The notes below the pieces were generated by a model. It saw only the letters and a program-made list of their open reading frames with translations. It searched no databases and had not been told where the DNA came from. DNA of 62,905 nucleotides, filler included, from Rhabdomonas costata (lineage: Eukaryota): the NCBI GenBank assembly GCA_019059605.1. It is 45 parts of 45 records of this genome, joined end to end, with 100 filler letters (N's around TTAATTAATTAA, not from the genome) between each part and the next. Parts side by side here need not be neighbours in the genome. Positions count along the whole stretch, not along the records: positions 37,815 to 39,114 come from JAHMHO010020120.1; positions 39,215 to 40,514 come from JAHMHO010020121.1; positions 40,615 to 41,914 come from JAHMHO010020122.1; positions 42,015 to 43,314 come from JAHMHO010020123.1; positions 43,415 to 44,717 come from JAHMHO010020124.1; positions 44,818 to 46,118 come from JAHMHO010020125.1; positions 46,219 to 47,518 come from JAHMHO010020126.1; positions 47,619 to 48,918 come from JAHMHO010020127.1; 37 more parts are not named here. One strand, written 5' to 3'. A program made the translations under genes and the position numbers. This document shows, one piece after another, positions 38,458 to 51,705 of the stretch. Each line of letters starts with the position of its first letter. The first letter of the stretch is position 1.

Positions 38458-40254
38458 CTGAAAGCAACGGCCAACCCAACTGCAAACAGGCATCGTGATC
38501 ATTGTCATCCAAACTGCAAAAACACACAAAAAAACAAATGGCACAGGTCACTGCAGTCCCTTGCAAACAACAAGCTGGCAAGACACTTCCGACGGTGTTT
38601 TCACGTGTACGGTTTCTACTACTGACCGTGCAAACGTTTTGTGATTGAATCTGCTGATAAGAAATCGATTCAACATCTATAATATCATTGGCGGCCTGCC
38701 GGTTGTCCGCCCATGTCAGGTGTCTCTTCTCTGTACGCCAACCTTAAATGTAAGTCTGTCTGAGGTGGGGTTGGTCATGGTGGTGGATCGGAGAAATCGG
38801 CAGCGGGGAAGGGGGAGGGGCAACAGATACCTGGGCTGATGCCGTGGAAAAACACAACGGGCTGCTTACCCAGCCCAGGCCCATATCCTGGCCGGTGCCA
38901 GTACGTCAGGCATCCCGCCTTTCTCCGCCTACAGGTCCAAGAAAGATGGGGAATGAGAGTCAGGGGTAAGAATAGCTCGGTAGTGGGACTGTGGTTCTCC
39001 GTCGAGCACGAGATGGCGGTCGAAGCCTGGAAGGTATTTCATCCGGGCTGGTTGAGCCGTTCGGCTCGGCAGCCAGTGGCTGGAGAATCAGTCGCCACAA
39101 AGACACACAAACACNNNNNNNNNNNNNNNNNNNNNNNNNNNNNNNNNNNNNNNNNNNNTTAATTAATTAANNNNNNNNNNNNNNNNNNNNNNNNNNNNNN
39201 NNNNNNNNNNNNNNGCAGTTGCTCCCCGCTGATTCATTTTGGTGGGGGGAGGCACAAAAAAGGCAGACCAGAGAAAAACAAAACTACTTGAAAAAGGCAA
39301 TGGTAGCAATAACGTTCTCACTTAGGATTTGGACGACAGCAACCCGCGCGCGGGGACGGAACAGCCAATACCCAGAGAATGACCCGGCAACTGAACCAAA
39401 AGGGTTTTGCTGGGTTACCCCGTGGCTGCCAAGGAGTGTGGCATGGAAACGAGGCGAGGTCTAAAGAAGAACACACCGAGCACTGAAAATTGCCTACGCG
39501 CAAAGCTGCAGCATCTGCTACACACCGAATCGGCATCACGCATCAGTTTTCACGCCGTTTTCACACAAGAAACAGTATTTCAGAAGCAAGTTTCGGCGTC
39601 CGAAAGTGAAAGGTGGACCATACAGCGAAGTTGAATAAACTATTAATTGTTTTTCATTGAGAACCAACTCTCAACTTATATTCCAAAGTCCAAGCGAGAA
39701 GCAAAACAATCGTCGATGAAAGCACCTCTCTCATTTTGCCTTTGTACTGACCACTCCCAGCTTCTGTAACAAGTTATTGCATTAAACACGGAGAAACGGC
39801 AAGCGTAAGTTTTACTCTTCCGAAACCAGGAACCAGGACGAGAATATCCCGAAAGCCACAGGAATCACCGGCTCTGTGCAGTTGCCAGCAGTGCTTTTTT
39901 GGCTTCCATGGAATTCGCAGAAAAAGGAAAAAAGATCACCAGAAAAAAATTAGGGTTACCGGGGCAGGGGTGGGGGGAAGGCTCTCGGGAATTTTCCGAG
40001 TTCCACACAGACAGCACGTTAGCACTACTGGATAACACGGCGGCTCAAAAACGGGCGGGGGGAGATGGAGCGCTGTGCAAAGAGCGACGGCATCTTTGGC
40101 TTTCAGACACTTGCTTCCTCGCTGTCCCCATCCCAAAGACAAGGAAAGGAAAAAAGAAAAGAAACAACAGCAACAACACCGCTAGCATATCCTCTTTTCC
40201 ACGAGCTCATGGTGGGCTAGATACGCTCTGCTACCACAGAGGCGGCTGTGCAGC

Positions 40255-40512
40255 TTACTCCACCTGAATGACCTCCTCCTCCAAGACACTGGGCTTGGAC
40301 TCCTGCTCAGGTGCCGGGTCTTCCTCGAGAAGCTTCTGCAGGAGCTGGAACATCGCGGTGGTGTCCAGGGGCTTGCCCAGCACGGCGGCCATCCCAGCCT
40401 CCAGGCACGCTCGAGTGCCCTCGGCGTCACAGTTGGCGGTGATCCCCACCACAGGAACGGCAGCGTACCGGGGGTCGGCCTTGAGCCGCCTCGTGGCCTC
40501 ACACCCGCCCAA
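40255..40512 (-). CDS. Response-regulator receiver domain, C-terminal half (probably a hybrid histidine kinase)
   Basis: GCEATRRLK...VPVVGITAN...CLEAGMAAVLGKP matches the eukaryotic hybrid-kinase receiver consensus. Confidence 0.88.
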   Translation of the reverse strand: MGGCEATRRLKADPRYAAVPVVGITANCDAEGTRACLEAGMAAVLGKPLDTTAMFQLLQKLLEEDPAPEQESKPSVLEEEVIQVE

Positions 40513-40614
40513 ACNNNNNNNNNNNNNNNNNNNNNNNNNNNNNNNNNNNNNNNNNNNNTTAATTAATTAANNNNNNNNNNNNNNNNNNNNNNNNNNNNNN
40601 NNNNNNNNNNNNNN

Positions 40615-41900
40615 TTGTTGGCTAACCCGCTGGCCAACCTCCGAAGGGGGCCGCGGGTTAGCCAACAGCACGCGCACCACTTGAACTCCGAGGAAGGTCT
40701 TCCCCGTTCCCGGGGGACCTGACAGCAAAGCCGGATGATGCGATGGGAACAACAGAGCGCAAAAGTTGTGTGTTCCCAGTGCGCACAATTGGCGATATGA
40801 GCGTCCTCGTTCTTTCTTCCCCATCAATCCCAGCAGCACCAAAGTCATCACTGCACTATCCAAGGTCGCCCCTCCCCCGCTGTTTCCAATCCTACCACAT
40901 CACCAACTCAAACGCCCACGCTCGGTGTCCCCTGAATACACCGATGAAAAGTACAGCCAGCAAAGGGTGGTTGCTGCTCACCTTGCACCACGGCCACCTC
41001 CTTGGTCAGGCACAGCTTCAAGGCCTCCAGCTGGGTGTCGTCTAGGGCAGTAACATTCTTCTCCGGCCAGGGCCCCAGCACCCTCCACTGCTTCGGTGGT
41101 GCTAAGTCGCCCTCCTTCTCCCTTCCCTCGTCGGAGTCCTCACTCTCAGAATCGTCGGAATTGTCGTCGGCACCCCGTTTTCCGGGATCCTCCCGCACCA
41201 CAGCACTGAAGTCAAATAGGTCACCAGGACCTTGTGGAAGGTCTGGGAGAAGGTACGACGGAGGGGCTACCTCGGTGGTCACCCCGGTGAGGTATTCCAA
41301 AAACGGATAGGACTCCAGGTCCAGCTGTTGCATCGCATGCAGCACGTGCTGGTAGGCCTCGAAGAACACTGTGGTTTCCGCCATATCGTAGGACTCGCCA
41401 ATTTGAAACCCACCTTCCAGAGCGGTTGGAAACCTGCCCACCGTTAAAGGAAGACGAACATCCCAAGCATACGAGTCGTGAGTCGTACCAAGATAAGAAC
41501 CCTACTGGATGATCAAGCTTAAGCCAAATGATAGCGGGGACCCGCCAAGTGATCAACACTTTGTCGTTGGTTCCTATGACCCGTGTTCCAGTCTGCCAAG
41601 TACCATCCAACAAGAATTCTATCCAAATTCCTCGTGAAGCCCACTTCCAGGGAAAATATTGATCGTATCTTCAGCTTTTCCGCTAGCTGGAGATTTTCGG
41701 CATCATCTCTTAAGGCACACCTCAGGCAGATCATATGCTTGGCCAGGTCCTCAACGTTGCGACGGGCCACAGTGGCCCACATCAGCTCCTCTTGGAACCC
41801 CGCGCTGCTGGGGCAAAGGCACACCAAGCTGCCCAGAAGCAGCCTCTTGGACTTTTCCCAACGCACCCTGGCCTGGCAGTTGAACCGAACCCTGCGCACG
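40615..41900 (-). CDS. ZNFX1: ZNFX1-like SF1 (Upf1-like) helicase, three exons, partial
   Basis: VRWEKSKRLLLGSLVCL, MAETTVFFEAYQHVL, and LDDTQLEALKLCLTKEVAVVQG|PPGTGKTFLG. The Walker A motif is split by a GT-AG intron at about 40719-40981. Confidence 0.88.
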
Positions 41901-44628
41901 AGAAAACACAAAAANNNNNNNNNNNNNNNNNNNNNNNNNNNNNNNNNNNNNNNNNNNNTTAATTAATTAANNNNNNNNNNNNNNNNNNNNNNNNNNNNNN
42001 NNNNNNNNNNNNNNGGGGTGTGGTGCCCTCCTCCCCTCCGGTTTTACGGAAGCCATTCATCCCCAGTCTCTCACTCACGCACTCTCTCTCCTCCTTTCAC
42101 TCTCCCCCGGTTGGCGTGCGCCCGATCACAAAGAAGAGATCAGCACAAGAGTGAGTAGGCAGCACGCAGCAGGCGGAGCGGTAGACTGAGGATGAATGGC
42201 TTCCGTAAAACCGGAGGGGAGGAGGGCACTTCACACACACAGCTTTCAATGCGACGCATGTGAAAAAGCTGTCACACGAACACATGCATGCACACAGTGG
42301 CCACGTAAATACAGAAAACCGTTACACCACACTGACGCAATACAAGCCAAATACAAGCCAGCTACGACAATTTTTCTCTGCAAAGGAAACCCCCTCGGAG
42401 ACACGCAACGCCAGTTCGCCCCATGAACACTTAGAACAAAGTGAAAGGTTGAGGGGGATGGGGTCCTTTGAGGTCCGCCAGAGGGAGTCATTCGGCAATG
42501 CAGAACAATGCAGCAGCACGTATCCTTATGGCACAGGTGCCCTGAAAAGAGCAAAAGAAGGCGAAAAAAGACAGAAAAAAGTGAAGCTTAGTTAACTTTA
42601 GCATTCTACTGTTGCGCCGGAGACACCATTGCATGGCCAGGTGGTGCTAAAATCAATAAAATCACCCGTTCTTTCATCACGCGCACTACTTGCGCTCAGA
42701 AAAGTGCAAGGTATGGCAAATGCACACAAAAGCGCTAAAGGGAAAACTGACGCACTCCTGTGGCGTGTGTGTGTGTGTGTGAATATGATGCGTGTACTGT
42801 CACAGAGCTAAACTTGGATGCATTCTGGCTTAGAAGCAACTCATTTTCTCGACTTCACTGTTTTGGATTCCTCAGACCACCCGAGAGCAGGCTGAATACC
42901 GAGCCTTGTCCGGAACGCGCACCACACCTACCAACACACTCTCAGGCATACCGGTTGGGAGAAGGGCGTGCCGCAAGGGCCCGCGGTCGGCCCCTTGAGG
43001 GACTCAGGGCCAGCGAGGTCGAGGCCTTGGGACTCCGGGCCCACGCCTCCTCAGGCAGCGCAGGGGGGCCAGCGCTGCGAGAGCTGAGGGATCGACAACA
43101 GAGTCACGTAGTCATGTAGTCGTTATATACCAGTTGTGCTATTTGGAAATGCAATCATGCAGCGCCAGTTTCACCCCTTTCACAGAATGATGATGGTTAA
43201 CCCAACAAAATTTTGTCGAAAAATCTTCTGTCAAGGTGACTCGCGTTCTTCGCAGTTCAACAGAACAGTCGACGGTCAGTCACACGACCCTGGGCAACGT
43301 CCCCCCCCCCACACNNNNNNNNNNNNNNNNNNNNNNNNNNNNNNNNNNNNNNNNNNNNTTAATTAATTAANNNNNNNNNNNNNNNNNNNNNNNNNNNNNN
43401 NNNNNNNNNNNNNNGGGGTTGGGGTGATGGTGGTGGGCTGCTTTGAGAACATCTCTTGGTGTTGGTGTTGGTGTTGGCTTGTAACCTTGAAATGAGTACT
43501 GAGTGTGATCATTTTTTCGGTTGTCGACCTGTTGAAGTTGTCCTTTGTTTTTGTTTTCATTTTCGTGAGTTGGCAATCCTTCTTGCCTTTTCGCTGCAAC
43601 CCCGAAAATATGCTCTCTGGCTGGAGATCTGCCCAAAGTTTTCTCAACGGTTTGAGGCTGACATTTAAAAACATGAACACAACGTGATGACCAGTGGTAA
43701 CTGCCTCGCTGCAACAAAGACGTTCAGTATCGGTGACATGGAAGCTGTTGGAGAACAAGGGTGTTAAATTCTTGCTCGTGGCATTTTCCTTTTTCCGTCG
43801 TAAGTGGCTTTTTCAGTGCCCTTGCACAAGTTTGAAAAGACCGTTTTGACCGGCATAGGAGAAGAAGAACTGCGTCCACCCCCCAGAATGCTGAAGGAGC
43901 GTTAGCCACATCTTGTCTTTTTCATTTTCAGTCTGTTTGGTTTTCATTTCAATTTCTTCATTTTTGTGTTGCAAAGGAAAGGGGGACATCTAGAAACCAT
44001 GTTTGGCGAGAGTCGGTTGTACCCTGGTTGATTGCTCTCACCCTCATTGGCGTTTCTCTGCATTTAATCAGACTCTGCTTCTCCAGCTGCTTCGAAACGA
44101 GATGTCTCGGCTGTCTACCATCAAGACCATCTCTGTGATCAAGGAAGTCTCGATCGACCCGCCAATCCTGGCGCAGTACCTGGTACGGTTGACCTGTCTC
44201 CGTTGCATGCCTTCTGCATCTCCAGTGTTCTGTGGAAGAAATAGTGCCCGGAAGGCGGACGGTGCAGCGATCCGGCATTCTTGTGAGATTCTGTTGCGCG
44301 TGTTCAACTGCATTTTTATGCAGAGTTCTCTTGACACAGCTCGCACGAAAACGTTTCAGTGAAGTTCCCGGAAAAACTGCGGCTCTGGATGTTCGCGTGC
44401 ACACGCGAAAACAACAGCCAATACACAGACGCAAATTAAGCGAGAGAGACTCGAGCAGCCAAGAAGGATGAGTGGAGGTGGTTGCGCGATTAAAAACACG
44501 GGGGCAAATGGGAAGTCTCCCCATGTGGATCGTACCACACGAATTATCTCCTGCAACACCCGTGGCCAACAGCGCGTTCACCCTTCAGTCGAAAACGGCC
44601 AATGGCCAGTCAGGCAACAGTTGCGCCC

Positions 44629-44676
<48 letters not shown>

Positions 44677-46220
44677 TTGCCCGCATCAGCCACCACCCCC
44701 ACCCAACACACCCAACANNNNNNNNNNNNNNNNNNNNNNNNNNNNNNNNNNNNNNNNNNNNTTAATTAATTAANNNNNNNNNNNNNNNNNNNNNNNNNNN
44801 NNNNNNNNNNNNNNNNNCGAAAAAGTTGTTGGGCGGTTCTTGCACTTCTTCCCTGCATTCTGTGGTGTGTCAATTGTTGTTTAAATGTTTAAATCTTCCA
44901 AATATCCAGCTCAAATTTCATTGTAAACGGGTTCGCACATCCCGCGACGCCCCCTGGTGTTCCTTGTTGGTCTCCGCTTTCATTAAATTCTTTACTGCGA
45001 AAATGCAAAATAAAAATATTATATTGGAGCACAAAATCATTGATTAATACTTCATTGCAAAAAAATTTGACATGGAAGCTAGTATTGAATGTTGAATGGG
45101 CCCAACAAATCACGAACTATGGTCAAAACACAGAGTAGGGCTGGAAAAAAGACAGGATGGTGTGTAATTTTGTATTGTGATATCCACGTTCACTGCAGTG
45201 CAATCTGGATATTTTCCTTTGTTTCTAAAGTTCTAATGAGAAATTGGGAATTTTGGGGATTGAACACACACAACAACGTACTGTCTCATGGTACATGTTC
45301 AGCGTGAAAAGCAATTTAGACAGATGCTGATGAAGAAAAATAATTGAGAAATTTCCCATAGAGCAAAGACCCAGAGAGCCCCAGGAAAGGGGAGGGTGCA
45401 TTCCTGGGCCCATTGACCGTGACCGAAGGGGGGACCGACCTGAGGGTGCCACCTACGCAGCGTCTTGGAGGACCACTGTAGATACAATACACTCTGGGAC
45501 TGCTTTGGCTTCGCCCTTCCAAGCTATATAATGGATGAAGCACGCGGTCCGGCACAGGAGACGAAAGCCCGAAGGAGACTTTGTATAAGTGCTGATACAT
45601 CACCGGATGACATGGAGTTGGTCAACTTTGTGATCGACAATGGCTCGTGTTGACCCGGGCTGCTACTGTCCCACCGCAGGCTTTCCGCTCCTCGCTGCCA
45701 CTCGCCACTTCTTGGGGGCTCCTTTTCTCGCCTGATCCAGCCTGCCCTCACACGGGGATCTGCGGTTCTCTCTATCTCACGCTCCGCCGTCCATTCTAAC
45801 CATTCCTCTGCATCCGCTCCGTTGTGCATGTCCACACCGTCCCTTCCCTGAGCCCGCTCGACCTCCAGCTCTTCTGTCCATTCAGCCCAACTCTGAACAT
45901 GCGTCCCAGCCCGGGTGCTTGCCCCGATATCACCTTTGCGGGTCAGGCCGTCATTGCATGGGTGATTCTGGGGGCGTCGGTCTACTCGCTGTGGCTGTCT
46001 CACTCTGGCCCTACCCCCTTGACGGGACGCCGAGGGGGTAATCTCCGTTTTGTCATGAGTAACGATTATTCCGGTTCTGGTGGCTCCGGAGGATGCGGGC
46101 TTGTCAGGCCCTGCACCCNNNNNNNNNNNNNNNNNNNNNNNNNNNNNNNNNNNNNNNNNNNNTTAATTAATTAANNNNNNNNNNNNNNNNNNNNNNNNNN
46201 NNNNNNNNNNNNNNNNNNCC

Positions 46221-47518
46221 ATGGACTTCGTGACGATGCCGAAAACAGTGTGGCAGTTTGGAGGGAGTGAAGAGCCGATCAACGAGATCTTGACGGTCAC
46301 GGATCGAGCTACGAAGATGGTTGTATTGATCCCGTGTCGGAACACCGACACAGCAGCGGACATTGCAAGTTTGTTTTGGTGGGAGGTGGTTCGTTATCAC
46401 GGGTTGCCGAGAAGCATTGTAAGCGACAGAGACGCGATCTTTATGTCGATCTTTTGGAAGGAGCTGATGAGTTTCTTGGATGTGAACTTGAGAAGATCGT
46501 CGCCGTACCACCCCCAGACAAACGGTCAAGCGGAGCGGACGAATCAGACGATGAAGCAAGTGTTCAGGACTTTGATGGTTGCACACCCAGGGAAGGGGTG
46601 GCAAGAGCTTGTGGTGTTGGCAGAAATCGCAATTAACAGTGCGCCGATCGCTAACACGGAGTACAGTCCGTTCTACTTGAATTACGGGTATCACCCAGTG
46701 TTTTGGTGGGATCTTCCGGAGACCCCGGAGCCGTCAGAAGGTGCCAGGAGAGAGCCGGTGAGACTCCAAGTGAAGAAGATGAAGTACGAGTGGCAGCAGG
46801 TGCGCGCCGCGTTTGAGAAGGAGAAGGAAAGAGCGGCAGCGTATGCGAACAGAAGGAGAGCAGATTACAAGTTTGTTGTAGGGCAGGACGTGCTGATCAA
46901 CACAAAGAAGCATTACAAAGGCAGGTTTGGTGAGCCAGCAGGGTTGTTGATGCCAAAGGCAGTAGGGCCGTTCACGATTGTGAAGAAGATTACAGACACC
47001 ACGTTCGTGTTGGACATCCCGAAAGAGCTCAGTGGAAGAGCTCACCCGGTCTTTCATTCGAGCGATCTTATTCCGTACGAGACCAGAGTGTTGGATCCCG
47101 TGGGAATGCTACCGGAAGACGAGGAAGATGACGGTGAAGGTGATGGAAGTGACGGCCAAGGTCAAGGTGGAGATGGAACGGAGGACAGAAGTGGAGCTGG
47201 TCGAGAAGCGGACAGACCAGTTTTGGTTGGAGAGAAGAAGAACAGTTTCGCGGTGGTAGTTCAGTGGAGAGCCCAGTTTCGGAGGAGCTGGATGCATCAG
47301 ATGAAGAAGAAGGTGGAGATCCAGAAGCTGTAGAGAGTTTGCCGATTCCAGCAAGACCGTTGGAGTACGACATGAGTGTGGAGGATGAAGAGATTGCAGA
47401 TGAGGAATACCCTGATGAGGAGATCGAAGCGGATGATCCGGGACAGTATCACGAACATCCCGAGCCAAGTGTGGAGCAGATCAAGGGAGTGTCGCCAGAA
47501 TTGCAGAAGTGGCTAGAT
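46221..47518 (+). mobile_element. Ty3/Gypsy LTR retrotransposon integrase (rve core + GPY/F) with an acidic tail
   Basis: MDFVT, TVTDRATKMV, HGLPRSIVSDRD, YHPQTNGQAERTN (intact D-D-E), SPFYLNYG, GPFTI and HPVFHSS. Confidence 0.95.
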
Positions 47519-47780
47519 NNNNNNNNNNNNNNNNNNNNNNNNNNNNNNNNNNNNNNNNNNNNTTAATTAATTAANNNNNNNNNNNNNNNNNNNNNNNNNN
47601 NNNNNNNNNNNNNNNNNNGTTGGGTTGTTGAAAGTTGATCCTGCAGAAGGCGAAGGGGATTCCGCTGACAAGGCCTCCGAAATTGAGTGGTACGTGAACC
47701 TGAAGGAGGTGGTTCACAGTCGTGGCCTGGAGACCTTTGTGCAGCAAATGAAAGACAAAGCGGTGTGCTGGGCAACGGCT

Positions 47781-47850
47781 ATTCCTGTTAGTAGTTCCTG
47801 TAGTTAGTAGTTCCTGTTAGTTAGTTAGTAAGTTAGTTCGTTAATTAGGG
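47781..47850. repeat. Intronic short tandem repeat (ttcctgttagtag / gtta units)
   Basis: Three imperfect copies of ttcctg(t)tag followed by (gtta)n. Confidence 0.8.
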
Positions 47851-50440
47851 TTGCACTGAACAGATCGCTTTGCCACTTGCGGGTTCTCTCTCCTTTATAA
47901 GCTGGTCATCCTTCCTCTGCGCTCTACATCGGGGGACGCGCTTTCACTGAAGTCTTCCAAAAATGGGACAGCTGAGGGAAACTCATCAAAAACATTGCGC
48001 TCGCTTGTGGTACGCGTCCGCCGTTTGTGATACACTCAGTTTTAGCGGAGTGTATAGAGACCCCTCCCTTCTCAAAAGCAGACATGTGGTAGGCTCGCGT
48101 TCTAAGAGCTACTTCCCCACCCTCTGCACCCGCTTTTCTTGCTGTAATGTAATGGGCGTGCTCGGCAAGGGTTCTGTCGCCCTTCAGCTCAGCACTGGCG
48201 ACAACAAAAAATGTTACTAGTGACCAGGAGGGAGACGCACCAAAAATGACGGGTTCCGCATTTTGTGAAATGCCGTGGCCGTTTCTTCCATTTTGTGAAA
48301 TGTAAAAATGAAAGTAAAAATCAAAAAACTCGGAGGTAAAGCACCGCGCGCGGTTTTTTGTACGTGCTTTTGCAGGAAGGGCAGAGTCGCAAGAAGATTA
48401 TCATGAGTGTGTGTCCGTCCAGCTTGCAGGGCACGCAGTGCGATCTCGGCACAGAGTGTCCAAAAATCCACCTTCGTCCTGGGGGCTGGGACACCCGCCG
48501 TGAGAACAACCGCGCGGCCCGTGACACTGCGGACCCGGAAGTGGGCGAGCAGGTCTTGTCTGCTTTTTTGGTCTTCACTGTGAAACGCAGCCTCACCGTT
48601 CTGCCCCAATGATCCAACGAATAGTGTCGGAGCATTGTTGGTAGAATATGGAGGCAGAAATACGGTGAAAACCCTAACCTACCATGGGCCCTTACGGTTT
48701 TGCGAAAAACAGGAACGGTGAAACCACGGCAAGGTCCTGAGTGCGCACTCAGAACAGCACAAAGGGGAAAGTGAAAAGGCTCTTTCACCCTTTCGCGTTA
48801 ATCCAGGCGCAGTTCTCGACTTCAGCCGCTGTAAGTATTTGCTTTGGATTATGTTGGGTCCACACACAGCTCTGCATCTTGGTCTTGAAGTAGGCCGCCT
48901 TGTTCTGGGAACGTGATGNNNNNNNNNNNNNNNNNNNNNNNNNNNNNNNNNNNNNNNNNNNNTTAATTAATTAANNNNNNNNNNNNNNNNNNNNNNNNNN
49001 NNNNNNNNNNNNNNNNNNTGTGGGGTGGCGTCACAGGTGGTCCCGATCCTCCCCGCGGACATTCCCATGAGCAACTCCGGCGCAGCCTCCCCAACGGCGT
49101 CTCCGAGGATGAGCTTCCCTGACGCGGAGTCGGTGTGTGGGTGTGTGGAACTTGAGAATCCATTCCTCACCTCCCAAGGCCACATTCGTCACGTTTTGCT
49201 CTCGGGGGTAGCAGGGGAGTTCACTCCACTTTGGTACAGTACATTTCACTTACTTGGGGCGTAGTATACCTCATTTCTCGGGCCTGTGGTGTCGCTTTTT
49301 CCGCTCATGTCTTCACGTAATGGGAAGTTCGCCCTTGGAAGGGAATGGAGCGCAAGATGAGGGTGGTGCCTTCGTATCTATGGGGCTTTCTCATTTTGCT
49401 CCCACGCACCCCCACAGGCCTTTGATGTCCACAAGGCCCTGTTCTCCAGGAAGCCCTCAGACATACTCCGAAAGGTTGCGCTTCACTCTCACCACTCCCA
49501 CTCTGTACCCACACCGCTCTTCGTGGCTCACCCACTTTTGCTCCAGGGGAGTCATCTGTCCCTCGTACGTTGTGTTTCTGGAACTCGTACGTTTGTTCTG
49601 ATCTGACTTCATCAACACGATGCTTTGTGCAACTTCTGGAGCTGGGGGTTCCCATTCCGAGAAAAGGTGGAGGTGATTCGGTGGTTCTGGCCTTCGCTGT
49701 GTTCCTTGACCGAGTCCTGCGTAGTCCCGTTGACAGTCAGGGCATCTAGATGCAGGCAACTAGTGACAGGGGCTCCGTCGCGCTGGGCGTTGTATCTGTG
49801 TGCCTAACATTTCCTCCAGGGGTCGGCCTCACCGCCAAACTTCCTCACGGGTAGCCGGAGCGCCTCCCCAATCCCGGACGTTCCCCGGCGCCGCTCTGAA
49901 ATGGTGTTTACACTTGCACGCAATCACACCTCACGAAAGTAAAAGAAAAGTAAAAGTAAAGCAAAAGAAACAGAGAGCAAAGATGATGACGCTGCTGCGC
50001 AAAGCTATGCTCCCGCTGGAAATAACCCGTGAATAATGAAGAATAAGGAAGATCGTGGGAAGAGATGAAGTCATGTGAGAGAGGGAAAGTTTCGGCGTCA
50101 AAGTGACCCTCTGGACTTTCCCTTCTTTGGGGGTCGAGTCCCTCGGTTCCTGCCGAGATTGGCTGGGTGGTGACCCTCGGTGAACTTGATAATTTGATCA
50201 TTCAGATCCTCCCTCTGGAATTTTACGGGTGAACACATGTGATCCCTGGGTATCAAACCTCAGGCTTACTCTTGGGAGTTGTCAACTCCCTTTCTGCCCA
50301 ACAACNNNNNNNNNNNNNNNNNNNNNNNNNNNNNNNNNNNNNNNNNNNNTTAATTAATTAANNNNNNNNNNNNNNNNNNNNNNNNNNNNNNNNNNNNNNN
50401 NNNNNGTGGGTTTGTATGTCCGCTTGACATCCACTCACAG

Positions 50441-51705
50441 GAGGTGAGGTGGCAGTTGCCTGCGCCGGACAAAGGGGAGTTCCTACGAAGGGTGAGGGTG
50501 GACCTTCCCACGCTGCACCTCGAGGACCTCCCCGACATCCCCTACACCCCGCCCGAGGTGCTGTTGGACTTTAATCGCGTCAGCACAGGTATGCTTTTGC
50601 GTGTGAGTGGAGTGGGTGGGTGGGCTGTACATGTCTGTAACTGATTTCTGTTCTGATGCCTCTGCCACTGACGGACTTCTCTGTGGCATACTTCATCTCC
50701 GTCAGCTGTCATTTATCCGTTTATCCCAGCTGTCAATCAGAAGGGGTTGTTCAGGAGAATGCGGGTCGCGGGGTAGTATGAGGATGGGCTGCTTTTCTCT
50801 CTCCCTGTGCGCCTCTGCAGCTGTGCAGCCTCAGCCGTGGCTGGGGTTTGTCCCTGTGGCCGAGGCCCGCACTAACCCGGCGACGGCACTGCCGATCCCC
50901 ACAGTTGTGGTGGCTCACCAGCTCGCCCCAGGTCCCTGGCGGGGCGGAGTGTGTGAGTGTATGAGTGAGTTTGGGGGGTGGGCGTGAAACGGTCGTCTCT
51001 TTGTTGTCTTTGCTGTCTAAATGGTATCACCCCCCAATACCCTTCACATATTGGAATCCCAGCGAACATAATTGCGCTTTCTAGTCGAGCCTTTTATCAC
51101 CTCCGACTTTTGCCCTTTTATCTCCATGACTCAATTTATTTCTTTTCAATCTTTGTACTGTCCTGCAGGAGCTCCAGATCCCCAGAGCTCTGTCCCTTGG
51201 GAACCGTACCTGTTGCCTTCCTTGTGCATTTTGCGCAGCCTAATGTGGTTACAATCCTCAGGGCAAAAGCCATCTCCGCTCTGAGCCTACATCTCTGCCG
51301 TCGTGCTCCCAACTAACGCCCTCCCAAACCCGCATCGAGAGAACCCCAGAGCTGACTCCCGCGACTTCCTTCTGAGCTTCATCATACGGAACCCTCACTC
51401 AAACGCGCCCAGTCTTATGCTTAAGCTGTGGAGGTGAAGCGTTACATACGCACGGAGGGCATGGCCAATTTATAGCCAGCCAGGCTCTCATCTAGACGCC
51501 CCCGTTGTTTTTTCAGGGGGCCCTGCCGAGGCAGCGGGAATGGCTGAGGGCGACGAGATTATCGCCCTTAATGGGATCCGCATCGAGACCTTGCCCGCTT
51601 TTGTCGCCGCAGTGGCGCGCCACGGGCGGGTGGTGGGGCGCAAGGTTACCTTCACTTGCAAAAGGCCCACGGGGATCCCAACCAACCCCAACCTCACCAA
51701 CACCC
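50441..51705 (+). CDS. PDZ-domain protein, three exons, partial
   Basis: PWLGF...VVVAHQLAP|GGPAEAAGMAEGDEIIALNG...KVTFTCKR, with in-frame phase-1 GT-AG introns. Confidence 0.85.

Noticed and set aside
42021-42229. About 45-bp inverted repeat pair
   Set aside because: The left arm is at the contig start and has error-like mismatches, so it is a probable fold-back.
45280-46118. 159-aa minus-strand ORF as a gene or transposon part
   Set aside because: No recognisable motif and no clear start or splice context.
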